Positions 9,870 to 17,855 of a DNA stretch of 43,517 nt are shown in pieces (position 1 is the stretch's first letter; each line of letters opens with the position of its first letter). The translations under genes were made by a program, and so were the position numbers. A model generated the notes under the pieces. That model worked only from the letters and a program-made list of their open reading frames with translations, had not been told where the DNA came from and searched no databases. Location: assembly GCA_020726105.1 (NCBI GenBank), contig DYTF01000004.1:1-43517 (forward strand). Reading direction: 5' to 3'. The DNA comes from Sulfurovum sp. (GTDB lineage: Bacteria > Campylobacterota > Campylobacteria > Campylobacterales > Sulfurovaceae).

Positions 9870-10787
9870 TTGGTTAATCACAGCAAGCCTACTGTAGCCG
9901 TTTTTGGGGGGAGTTTTGACCCTCCACACAAAGGACATCAGCAAATCGTTGAAAAAGCTACAGAAGCATTGGAGATAGACAAACTCCTTGTTGTGCCAGC
10001 TTATCTTAATCCTTTCAAAACATCTACACTCGCGGATGCTTCTTTGCGTCTTTCATGGTGTCATGCACTTTTTGATGACATCCACAAAGTTGAAGTGCAG
10101 GCGTACGAGGTAGATGAAGGTAAAAGTACGCCAACCTGTCAAAGTATAAAATATTTTAACCAAACATACCGTGTCAAGTACCTCATCATAGGTTCTGACA
10201 CTCTGTCAACATTGACACAATGGCAGGAGTTTGAATGGCTAAATGAACAGATTATTTGGGTCATTGCAACAAGACGGGACTGTGATTTGGATACCACAAT
10301 GCTTAGAGAGTGGATATTTCTTCCCGTAGAAGTATCCATAAGCTCAACACAGATACGAGAAACGAAAGATTTACATTTTATTGACAAAAGAATTCAAGAT
10401 TCTGTCAAACACACACTAAAAAGGCAACACACTATGACAATAGACGAGAGAATAACAAATATCGTAAAATTACTCGATGAAAAAAAAGCAGAAGAGATAG
10501 AAGTATTTAATCTTGACGAGGCAGACTACATCGCTAAACGCGTCGTCATCGCCAATTCACTTAATGGTAAGCATACACTTGCACTCTTTGATTATCTCAA
10601 AAAAGAGCTTAGAGTCCAAGGTGATGGGATGATAGCTTCAGATGCTACAGATGACTGGAGCGTCGCTGATTTGGGAGATATTTTGATTCATATCATGGTG
10701 CCTGAATACAGACAACGCTATTCACTAGAAGTATTTTTGTCTGAGCTGGTTGAGGCACAAAAAAAGAAAGACAACGACCCTGCATAA
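9870..10787 (+). CDS. nadD: Fusion of nicotinate-nucleotide adenylyltransferase and ribosome silencing factor RsfS
   Basis: FGGSFDPPHKGH, IIGSD and ISSTQIRE (NadD), followed in frame by LLDEKKAEEI...WSVADLGDILIHIM...RYSLE (RsfS/Iojap). TTG start with GAGG SD and TGCTAAAAT promoter upstream. Confidence 0.9.
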   Translation: MVNHSKPTVAVFGGSFDPPHKGHQQIVEKATEALEIDKLLVVPAYLNPFKTSTLADASLRLSWCHALFDDIHKVEVQAYEVDEGKSTPTCQSIKYFNQTYRVKYLIIGSDTLSTLTQWQEFEWLNEQIIWVIATRRDCDLDTTMLREWIFLPVEVSISSTQIRETKDLHFIDKRIQDSVKHTLKRQHTMTIDERITNIVKLLDEKKAEEIEVFNLDEADYIAKRVVIANSLNGKHTLALFDYLKKELRVQGDGMIASDATDDWSVADLGDILIHIMVPEYRQRYSLEVFLSELVEAQKKKDNDPA

Positions 10788-10810
10788 AGCCTACCCAAGG
10801 TGCTTTATGC
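10782..10810. terminator. Hairpin between convergent nadD-rsfS and the membrane protein gene
   Basis: Perfect 9-bp inverted repeat GCATAAAGC / GCTTTATGC with an 11-nt loop. Confidence 0.55.
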
Positions 10811-11137
10811 CTAGATAGCCTCATTTCGAGAGCCTGTAATAAACTCGAGTAGCAAAAAAAGAAGTATCGTAACCGTGGGTGAAAAAATTGCCCACCAATA
10901 ATAGCGCCCTTTAAGCATATATCCTATCCACCCACCCCAAGAAACCAAAACAAGAATATAATGCGCAATAAAAAGTGGCAAAATTTGCCTTGTTATGCTA
11001 CCCATAATAGAAAAAACAACAATCAATCCCACCAACAGCAATGCTATCATAAATTTTTTCATATCTTTATTTTTGAGATAAAAAAGTACGATTGAGATGA
11101 GCGTAACAACAAGAATGAATATACCCAGTGTTTTCAT
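10811..11137 (-). CDS. Hypothetical small integral membrane protein (about 4 TM)
   Basis: 108 aa with four hydrophobic stretches. Starts 12 nt after the argS stop. Confidence 0.75.
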   Translation of the reverse strand: MKTLGIFILVVTLISIVLFYLKNKDMKKFMIALLLVGLIVVFSIMGSITRQILPLFIAHYILVLVSWGGWIGYMLKGRYYWWAIFSPTVTILLFLLLEFITGSRNEAI

Positions 11138-11149
11138 GCTTGAGAAGTC

Positions 11150-12847
11150 CTACAACGCATCAACGACATCAATACCAAGCAGACTAAGCCCCTGCTTGAT
11201 GGTTTTAGCACTCAAGTCTGCCAAAATCAAACGACTCATTTTTATCTCATCTACTACACCCTCTTTGAGTATAGGATTTTGCTCATAAAAACGCATAAAA
11301 AGTGTCGCAACATCATAGAGGTAGGTACTAATCTGGCTAGGCGTGGCATCATCCGCTGCACGGTTTAATACATCTTCAAAACCAAGCAACAAGACACAGA
11401 GTTTATGTTCAAGCGAATCACCGATGATGATGTGCCCCCCAATTACTCCGTCATATTTGCGAAAGATACTTTGGATTCTCGCATACGCATACTGCATATA
11501 CAGGGAAGTATTGCCTTCAAAACTGAGCATTTTATCCATATTAAAAACATAATCTGACTCTCGGTTGATGCTAAGGTCCGCGTATTTCACCGCGCCAATA
11601 CCAATGATTTTAGCCAAGGCTTCAAGCTCTTCTTTGCTGTATGAGGATTTGTCTTTAACCGCGTCTTGTGCTTTAGTTACTGCTTCATCCAACAAATCAA
11701 TGAGCTTAATAGTCCCGCCATCACGCGTTTTAAACGGCTTTCCACCTTTGTCCATCATCGTGCCAAATGCAACATGCTCTAAACTAACCTCTTTAGAGAC
11801 AAAACCAGCTTTTTTTGCCAAAGCAAAAACTTGTTTAAAGTGTCCTGCCTGCCTTGCATCCACTACATACAAAATGCGTTTAGCCTCTAAAGCAGTCGCT
11901 CTGTAGCGTAGTGCCGCCAAGTCGGTGGTCGCGTACAAATACCCCCCGTCACTCTTTTGAACGATGATAGGTATCTCATCATTGTCCAAAAATACACACT
12001 GTGCCCCATCACTTTCCTGAAGCAATCCCTGTGCATCCAAATCATGCACCACGGAACTGAGTGCATCATTATAAAAACTCTCCGCTCGAACATCCTCACG
12101 CCTAAGATTAACAGAAAGTTTGTCGTACACTTCTTCACAATGTCCCAATGAAATGGTGATAAACTGCTGCCAAAGTGCTAAACAGTGTGCATCGCCACTT
12201 TGTATCTTCACTACATACTCTCTGGCTTTGCTTGCAAAAGCTTCATCGACATCAAAACGCGCTTTAGCCTCTTTGTAAAACTGCTCCAAATCTTTGAGAC
12301 TTACCGAACTGTCCTTGTCTGTCTCTTCAAGATACGCTATCAACATACCAAACTGCGTGCCCCAATCCCCGATATGATTTTGGCGTATCACCTCATCACC
12401 CAAATAGTCCAAAAGATTTGCAAGCGTATCTCCAATAATCGAAGAGCGAAGATGCCCGACATGCATTTGTTTTGCCATATTGGGACCAGAGTAATCTACA
12501 ACAACCTTCGTGGGAATCATTCGTTTTTCTACACCAAGCCTCACATCATGCTGTGCGGCTTCGCACTCAGATGCAAGCCAGAGAGGGTTGAGCCAAAGAT
12601 TGATGAAGCCAGGACCCGCTATCTCTGCTTTAGCAATGATGGTGTCAAAATTGAGATTTTTGATGAGTGTCTCGGCAATCTCTCTTGGATTTTTGCCCAA
12701 GACTTTAGACAATGCCATCGCACCGTTGAACTGAAAGTCACCAAACTCTGCCTTGCTTGACTCGGTTACCCTCGTAGGTTCATGCGCAATGCCAGCTTTC
12801 ATAAAAGCGTCTTGAATTATCTGATTGATGTGTGATTTTAATTTCAT
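11150..12847 (-). CDS. argS: Arginine--tRNA ligase
   Basis: FGDFQ, AGPGFIN, VDYSGPNMAKQMHVGHLRS (HIGH), GDWGTQFG, FKTRDG, YMQYAYARI. Confidence 0.97.
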   Translation of the reverse strand: MKLKSHINQIIQDAFMKAGIAHEPTRVTESSKAEFGDFQFNGAMALSKVLGKNPREIAETLIKNLNFDTIIAKAEIAGPGFINLWLNPLWLASECEAAQHDVRLGVEKRMIPTKVVVDYSGPNMAKQMHVGHLRSSIIGDTLANLLDYLGDEVIRQNHIGDWGTQFGMLIAYLEETDKDSSVSLKDLEQFYKEAKARFDVDEAFASKAREYVVKIQSGDAHCLALWQQFITISLGHCEEVYDKLSVNLRREDVRAESFYNDALSSVVHDLDAQGLLQESDGAQCVFLDNDEIPIIVQKSDGGYLYATTDLAALRYRATALEAKRILYVVDARQAGHFKQVFALAKKAGFVSKEVSLEHVAFGTMMDKGGKPFKTRDGGTIKLIDLLDEAVTKAQDAVKDKSSYSKEELEALAKIIGIGAVKYADLSINRESDYVFNMDKMLSFEGNTSLYMQYAYARIQSIFRKYDGVIGGHIIIGDSLEHKLCVLLLGFEDVLNRAADDATPSQISTYLYDVATLFMRFYEQNPILKEGVVDEIKMSRLILADLSAKTIKQGLSLLGIDVVDAL

Positions 12848-12879
12848 GTTGTACCATTTTCGATAGGGTTTAGCAGATA

Positions 12880-12914
12880 AGAGTTTCCAAAGAGTTCCTT
12901 GGGAAACTCTTTGG
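12880..12914. terminator. Hairpin(s) between tatA and argS
   Basis: AGAGTTTCC...GGAAACTCT, with an overlapping alternative stem CCAAAGAGTT...AACTCTTTGG. Confidence 0.45.
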
Positions 12915-12940
12915 GTTTGTGACTACTGTGGCAAGTTTGA

Positions 12941-13165
12941 TTAAGCGTTTTCGCTTTTTTTCTCTTCTATTGGAGTACTTGGCTTAGGTTCTTCTTTAGA
13001 TGCAAGTTCTTTTGTCTCTTCTTCGTCATCATCTTTGATGGCTTTTTTGAAGTCTTTTATCCCTCTGCCAATCCCTTTTGCAAGATCAGGTATCTTTTTT
13101 GCTCCAAAAAGAAGCACCACTATTGTCAATATCACCAATAACTCTGGCATACTAGGAACACCCAT
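12941..13165 (-). CDS. tatA: Twin-arginine translocase TatA/E
   Basis: [42 protein letters not shown]. Confidence 0.95.
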   Translation of the reverse strand: MGVPSMPELLVILTIVVLLFGAKKIPDLAKGIGRGIKDFKKAIKDDDEEETKELASKEEPKPSTPIEEKKSENA

Positions 13166-13231
13166 ATCAATCCTTTATATTGCTTTATGCAAGCATTAAT
13201 TTTAAACAATTATACATCAATATGTTTAAGT

Positions 13232-13849
13232 TTAGTCAAGCATCAACCACTGCTTGATAAATTCTTCACACTGTTGATGGCTCTGCTTGAGCCTGGCTGC
13301 GTTGGCGATGATGGTAAACTCTTTACTTGCTTCTTCTATGCTCTCGTTGATGATGACAAAATCATACTCCCTTAGTGCCAAAATCTCCTTTTTTGCATTC
13401 TCTATACGCCCAATAATGATGCTCTGCTCATCCGTCTTGCGTGCCTCAAGTCTACTTTGAAGTACGCACAGCGTAGGTGGTGTGATGAATACTGATGTGG
13501 TGATGTCACCCATCTTGTCGCGTACAAGCCTATGCCCTTGAACATCGATGTCGAAGATGACCAACTTGCCTGCATCAAGTGCTTCTCGTACAGGTTTGAG
13601 TGAAGTACCATAGTAGTTACCATGAACCTGTGCGTACTCCAAGAAGTTCCCTGCTTTGATGTCTTCTTTAAAACTCTCTTTACTGACAAAAAAATAATCC
13701 CTACCATCCATCTCACCTACCCTAGCACTTCTTGTGGTAGTGGAGATAGAAAAATAATATTCACCTATCTGGTTTGATGCAGCAGTGATGATGGTACTTT
13801 TACCTGCACCACTAGGGCCCGATAAAACCAAAATAGCACCCTGCGACAT
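13232..13849 (-). CDS. gmk: Guanylate kinase
   Basis: SGPSGAGKST, SISTTTR, DGRDYFF, HGNYYGT, DIDVQG. ATG overlaps the upstream stop (TGATG). Confidence 0.97.
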   Translation of the reverse strand: MSQGAILVLSGPSGAGKSTIITAASNQIGEYYFSISTTTRSARVGEMDGRDYFFVSKESFKEDIKAGNFLEYAQVHGNYYGTSLKPVREALDAGKLVIFDIDVQGHRLVRDKMGDITTSVFITPPTLCVLQSRLEARKTDEQSIIIGRIENAKKEILALREYDFVIINESIEEASKEFTIIANAARLKQSHQQCEEFIKQWLMLD

Positions 13850-14514
13850 CAAGCTTCTTCTTCTGTTTTAAGTTGTATTTTGATTTGCTCACCATTTAAA
13901 AGTTTTTTGATTTTTTTAGGCTTGAGTGTTGTAATAATGTTGCTAATGACCGCCTCAATATCCATAGACCCAGTCGTATAGTCTTGTGCCTTTTTTTTAT
14001 GTCTTTTTTTGATTTCTTCTAGTACTTTTTCTAGTCTTTGAGAATCCTCATCCACCGAATCACTCAGGGTTTTAACTGTTTCACCCTGCTCTAAGAAATC
14101 TTTAGAAGCTACCTCTTCTTGGGACATTTCAAGCAAAATTTTTATCTGGCTAATATCATCTTGTCTAAGTATTTGGGTATCAAATGTCTGCATTTGGGTT
14201 TCTTCAATCGTTTCTATATTTGAAAGTGCTTGGAGTATCTGTGTGGGCAAAAATGGTTTTTTGATGACTTCATCAAACCCCTCAAGCAAATCTCCAGAAA
14301 AAGAAAGAAGTGTTTTTGTTTGAGCCTGTATTGTTTCCATAAAAGTACACATTTTTGTATCATAGAGTGCTTCATCAACAAAAAGCATATCGATTTTTCT
14401 CTCTTTTGCTGCACCTATGCCACCTACCTCCTCAAGCTCCATGTTCAAATCACTCGCACAAAGGGCGAACAATTTGGAAACCACAGGATTGGTGTTGATA
14501 AGTAAGATTTTCAC
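13849..14514 (-). CDS. Cj1178c-like protein with a degenerate receiver-like N-terminal domain
   Basis: (M)KILLINTNPVVSKL...LFVDE...IKKPFLPT. GTG at 14514 has GGAG 8 nt upstream. Position upstream of gmk as in Campylobacter. Confidence 0.7.
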   Translation of the reverse strand: MKILLINTNPVVSKLFALCASDLNMELEEVGGIGAAKERKIDMLFVDEALYDTKMCTFMETIQAQTKTLLSFSGDLLEGFDEVIKKPFLPTQILQALSNIETIEETQMQTFDTQILRQDDISQIKILLEMSQEEVASKDFLEQGETVKTLSDSVDEDSQRLEKVLEEIKKRHKKKAQDYTTGSMDIEAVISNIITTLKPKKIKKLLNGEQIKIQLKTEEEA

Positions 14515-14590
14515 AAAAAGCACTCCAGAATAAATTGGGATATTATAATATAAATCTAATTAGGACTTGGTTGGGGGATATAGGGTTAAA

Positions 14591-14667
14591 TGGTACGCCC
14601 ATTAGGATTCGAACCTAAGACCTTCGGTACCGCAAACCGATGCTCTATCCAGCTGAGCTATGAGCGC
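14591..14667 (-). tRNA. tRNA-Arg (anticodon GCG)
   Basis: Reverse complement GCGCTCATAGCTCAGCTGGATAGAGCATCGGTTTGCGGTACCGAAGGTCTTAGGTTCGAATCCTAATGGGCGTACCA folds as a cloverleaf with loop TT-GCG-GT and encoded CCA. Extended -10 TGATACAAT at 14696-14688. Confidence 0.97.
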
Positions 14668-14705
14668 ACAAATGTTACAAGAGCGACATTGTATCAAAAT
14701 TAACT

Positions 14706-15428
14706 TTATTTTTCAAGTAACTTCATTGGGGCAAATACTTTGAGTGCATTTTCGTTTGTGATAAAGCGATGATTGTAGGGGTGGGGCATCTCTATGCTTT
14801 GAAAATCTTCTAGCGAAAAATGTCTTTTAAGTTCAGCCGCATGCGCGCCAAAGAGTATCAGTTGGGGTTTCTGGAGTTCAAGGGCTTGAAGTAAAGCCTG
14901 CATAAAAGGTCTCCATGCCCTGATGTGTTGCGTTGAGCTTTTTTTGTCTGTAAAGATCAGTGCTGTGTTCAAAAGCAGTACACCATTTTTTTCAAAATTA
15001 AGTCGTAGCGCTTCTATAGTGTCAATCATTTCTGTTTTATCTATATGGCTTATGGCTTGCTGTGAGGCATCTTCTGCACTTATGTCTCCACGAGCAAGCA
15101 GTGCCATCTTGATAAAATTGCGTAAAGAGGTCGCACGGTTTACCTCTTTACTCAGTCCCGAAGAGGAAAAAAGAGACTGTACATTTTTGTCAATAAAAGC
15201 ATATCCACTTGCACTCTGCGCTCTAGGATACGGGTCTTGGCCGAACAAAATATATTTGACTTCAGATAGAGCTAGGGTTTTGAAGGCGTTGAATATATTT
15301 TCCTTGCTAGGCACATACTGCCTGTCCTGTGTTAAAAAAGTTTGATATGTCTTATCTAACGCCATAAAAGCCTTAGCTAACAATGGACGCCATGAGGCAT
15401 CGATGTCAAACTGACTCATTACTTGCAT
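14706..15428 (-). CDS. ung: Uracil-DNA glycosylase family protein (divergent family 1)
   Basis: VKYILFGQDPYP, GVLLLNTAL, ILFG, HPYN. Alternative start at 15419 (TAATG coupling to mqnP). Confidence 0.8.
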   Translation of the reverse strand: MQVMSQFDIDASWRPLLAKAFMALDKTYQTFLTQDRQYVPSKENIFNAFKTLALSEVKYILFGQDPYPRAQSASGYAFIDKNVQSLFSSSGLSKEVNRATSLRNFIKMALLARGDISAEDASQQAISHIDKTEMIDTIEALRLNFEKNGVLLLNTALIFTDKKSSTQHIRAWRPFMQALLQALELQKPQLILFGAHAAELKRHFSLEDFQSIEMPHPYNHRFITNENALKVFAPMKLLEK

Positions 15429-16294
15429 GTACTCACTTCTATAATCATCAAAAACAAAAACAAAAACCCCAAATATCCATTGACAGTAAAAAATGCTTTG
15501 TCAATCTTGGTGAAATCTTTATTGACAAGAAAATGCTCATAACCTAGCATCACCGCCGAAAGTGCCACAGCCAAATACGCCCAGAAACCCAAAGTAGCTT
15601 CAAAAACAAACCCTGTCCAAAAAACAACAGCCAAAAGGTGAAAGACTTTTGCAATCCACATGGTTTTTTTTGCGCCAAACTTCGAGGGTATGGAGTGCAA
15701 ATGATGAGTTTTATCAAACTCTATATCTTGCAAAGAGTACAACAAATCAAACCCTGCCACCCAAAACATCACCCCTATGGCTAGAAATACTGACCACAGG
15801 GTTATCTCTGCACTAACCGCTATCACCCCTGCGATAGGTGCTAAGCCCAAACATACCCCAAGCACAAGATGCGCCAAAGCAGAAAAGCGTTTGAACACCG
15901 TATAGGCTGCGAGTACAAACAAGATAGGCACAGAAAGAGCAAAAGCAAAGGCATTGACCGTGTAACTCACGGCTATAAATACCAAAGCATTAAGAACGAT
16001 AAAGCCTAACATCTGCGCTTCTGAAACCCGACCGTCCACAGAGGGGCGACTTTGTGTCCGTGGGTTTATTGTGTCAATGTCTCTGTCAAGATAGCGGTTG
16101 ACACCCATAGCAAAATTACGCGCACTGACCGCTGCCAACGCGCCTAAAAAAAGCAATCTCCACCCAAACCACGCTGAGCCTTCATGATGAGCAGCCACAA
16201 GCATCGCGATAAAAATAAACGGCAAAGAAAACACAGAGTGCTTGAACATGACAAGCTCTGCAAATTGCGCTAATTTTTCTTTCAGATTATTCAC
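15419..16294 (-). CDS. mqnP: Futalosine-pathway menaquinone prenyltransferase (UbiA family)
   Basis: FKHSVFSLPF, ARNFAMGVNRYLDRDID..NPRT..RP, WVAGFDLLYSLQD, AFFTVNG. Confidence 0.9.
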   Translation of the reverse strand: MNNLKEKLAQFAELVMFKHSVFSLPFIFIAMLVAAHHEGSAWFGWRLLFLGALAAVSARNFAMGVNRYLDRDIDTINPRTQSRPSVDGRVSEAQMLGFIVLNALVFIAVSYTVNAFAFALSVPILFVLAAYTVFKRFSALAHLVLGVCLGLAPIAGVIAVSAEITLWSVFLAIGVMFWVAGFDLLYSLQDIEFDKTHHLHSIPSKFGAKKTMWIAKVFHLLAVVFWTGFVFEATLGFWAYLAVALSAVMLGYEHFLVNKDFTKIDKAFFTVNGYLGFLFLFLMIIEVSTCK

Positions 16295-16303
16295 CGTTTG
16301 TCA

Positions 16304-16864
16304 CTAGGGATGGGGTATTTTTATTTTTGAGTTAAGCGACCATGCTATGAGCATCACCAGCACTGCTACTACATAAGCACTTGTGAGTACCCCATAGGCG
16401 TTAAGCAGATACAGTATCCATAACAGTATCGCACCAAGTGGCGTAGGTACGCCTTCAAAGTGCTTTGTCACTTCACCAACATCTGCTTTGAGATTAAACT
16501 CAATCAATCTGCGCAAACCGCTGATGATATACCAAACAAACACCAAGCCTACAACAAATTCTTCCATCTCACCCAATGCACTATGCACCCTAAGAGCATA
16601 AAAGAGCAAAAAGGCAGGCATGACAACAAAAGAGAGAAAATCGGCAAAAGAGTCGAGCTGTATGCCAAACTCCGTAGAAAGGTTGTATTTTCTAGCCAAT
16701 TTGCCATCGATGATGTCGCATGCCCCTGCAATCCACGCCAAGATAATGGCAGTAAAAAAATCTTGCTTTACAATAAAGAAAATAGCCATAACCCCTAATG
16801 AAACATTGAGATAGGTTACGATATTGGCAATATTAAAGCGATTGTTTTTGTCAAATACATTCAT
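16304..16864 (-). CDS. CDP-alcohol phosphatidyltransferase (PssA-like)
   Basis: DIIDGKLAR...FGIQLDSFAD signature and FEGVPTP. Confidence 0.85.
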   Translation of the reverse strand: MNVFDKNNRFNIANIVTYLNVSLGVMAIFFIVKQDFFTAIILAWIAGACDIIDGKLARKYNLSTEFGIQLDSFADFLSFVVMPAFLLFYALRVHSALGEMEEFVVGLVFVWYIISGLRRLIEFNLKADVGEVTKHFEGVPTPLGAILLWILYLLNAYGVLTSAYVVAVLVMLIAWSLNSKIKIPHP

Positions 16865-16889
16865 TGCATACCTTCTTCATGGAAAACCT

Positions 16890-16919
16890 ATTTTACCTTT
16901 TTTGGGGTTATGGTATGAT
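16890..16919. promoter_or_regulatory. Back-to-back promoters for the pssA-like operon (-) and miaA (+)
   Basis: TAAAAT on the minus strand at 16895-16890. Extended TGGTATGAT on the plus strand at 16911-16919. Confidence 0.55.
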
Positions 16920-16925
16920 TACGCT

Positions 16926-17834
16926 ATGAAAACTTTCAGACAACTTGCACTCATCGGGCCTACTGCGTCTGGGAAAACGGCGCTTTCCATTGATGCGGCA
17001 AAAAAGCTTAATGCGCATATTTTATCACTCGATTCACTTTCACTTTACAAAGAGATCGACATCGCATCAGCCAAACCGAGTCTTGAAGAACGAGGTGACA
17101 TCAAGCATTTTGGCGTCGATATGCTTTACCCCAACGAACCCTTTGATGTGAGTACTTTCATCAGGCTTTACCATGAGGTTGTCGCCAACTGTTTGCAAGA
17201 AGAGAAAAATCTCGTCATTGTAGGCGGGACAAGTTTTTATCTCAAGATGCTCATAGAGGGCATCAGTCGCTTACCGAAAATAGACGGGCACACCAAACAA
17301 CAGGCCAAACTTATGCTGCATGATATTCAAAAAAGTTATGTCCTACTTTACCGTTTGGACGCGGAGTATATGTCGCGCATTGAGCCTACGGACTCTTACC
17401 GTATTGAGAAAGCCTTGCTGATTTATCTACAAACAGGGCTTAGTCCCACTGAGTATTTTAAACGCAATCCTCCACAGCCCACCATCACCGAAGCACTCCC
17501 TATTTATCGGATAGAGGTTGACAAACAGTGCTTACGAGAGCGCATCGCACTTCGTACTAAACTCATGCTTGAAAATGCACTCATCGATGAAGTCTGCGCG
17601 CTGGAGAAAAAGTACACCCGCACACCCAACTGCATGGGTGCTATTGGCGTCAAGGAGACGCTAAGCTACCTTGATGGCATCTATGACAAAACCATGCTCG
17701 TAGAGAAAATAACCACCAACACAGCGCGTCTGGCAAAAAGGCAAACCACCTTTAACACCTCCCAATTTAAAGATGTCATTAAAGGCAGTGTTGAAGAACT
17801 TAGACAAAGGTTTGATGTACTCGTGTTTGATTAG
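16926..17834 (+). CDS. miaA: tRNA dimethylallyltransferase
   Basis: IGPTASGKT, SLDSLSLYK, IASAKP, VGGTSFY, AIGVKE, LAKRQ. Start placed at ATG 16926 because the longer ORF overlaps the divergent gene. Confidence 0.95.
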   Translation: MKTFRQLALIGPTASGKTALSIDAAKKLNAHILSLDSLSLYKEIDIASAKPSLEERGDIKHFGVDMLYPNEPFDVSTFIRLYHEVVANCLQEEKNLVIVGGTSFYLKMLIEGISRLPKIDGHTKQQAKLMLHDIQKSYVLLYRLDAEYMSRIEPTDSYRIEKALLIYLQTGLSPTEYFKRNPPQPTITEALPIYRIEVDKQCLRERIALRTKLMLENALIDEVCALEKKYTRTPNCMGAIGVKETLSYLDGIYDKTMLVEKITTNTARLAKRQTTFNTSQFKDVIKGSVEELRQRFDVLVFD

Positions 17835-17855
17835 GGTGTTGTATTTAGACTTTTT

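Noticed and set aside
12185-12760. Long antisense ORFs (this 191-aa one and the many 60-140 aa ORFs in the track)
   Set aside because: They lie opposite or out of frame within well-supported genes and have no motifs, so they are shadow ORFs.
14560-14667. tRNA-Arg as an island integration site
   Set aside because: I saw no duplicated tRNA 3' end and no adjacent integrase, and the flanks are core genes.
16824-16925. N-terminal extension of MiaA in the ORF track
   Set aside because: It overlaps the divergent pssA-like gene and its promoter. Homology starts at ATG 16926.
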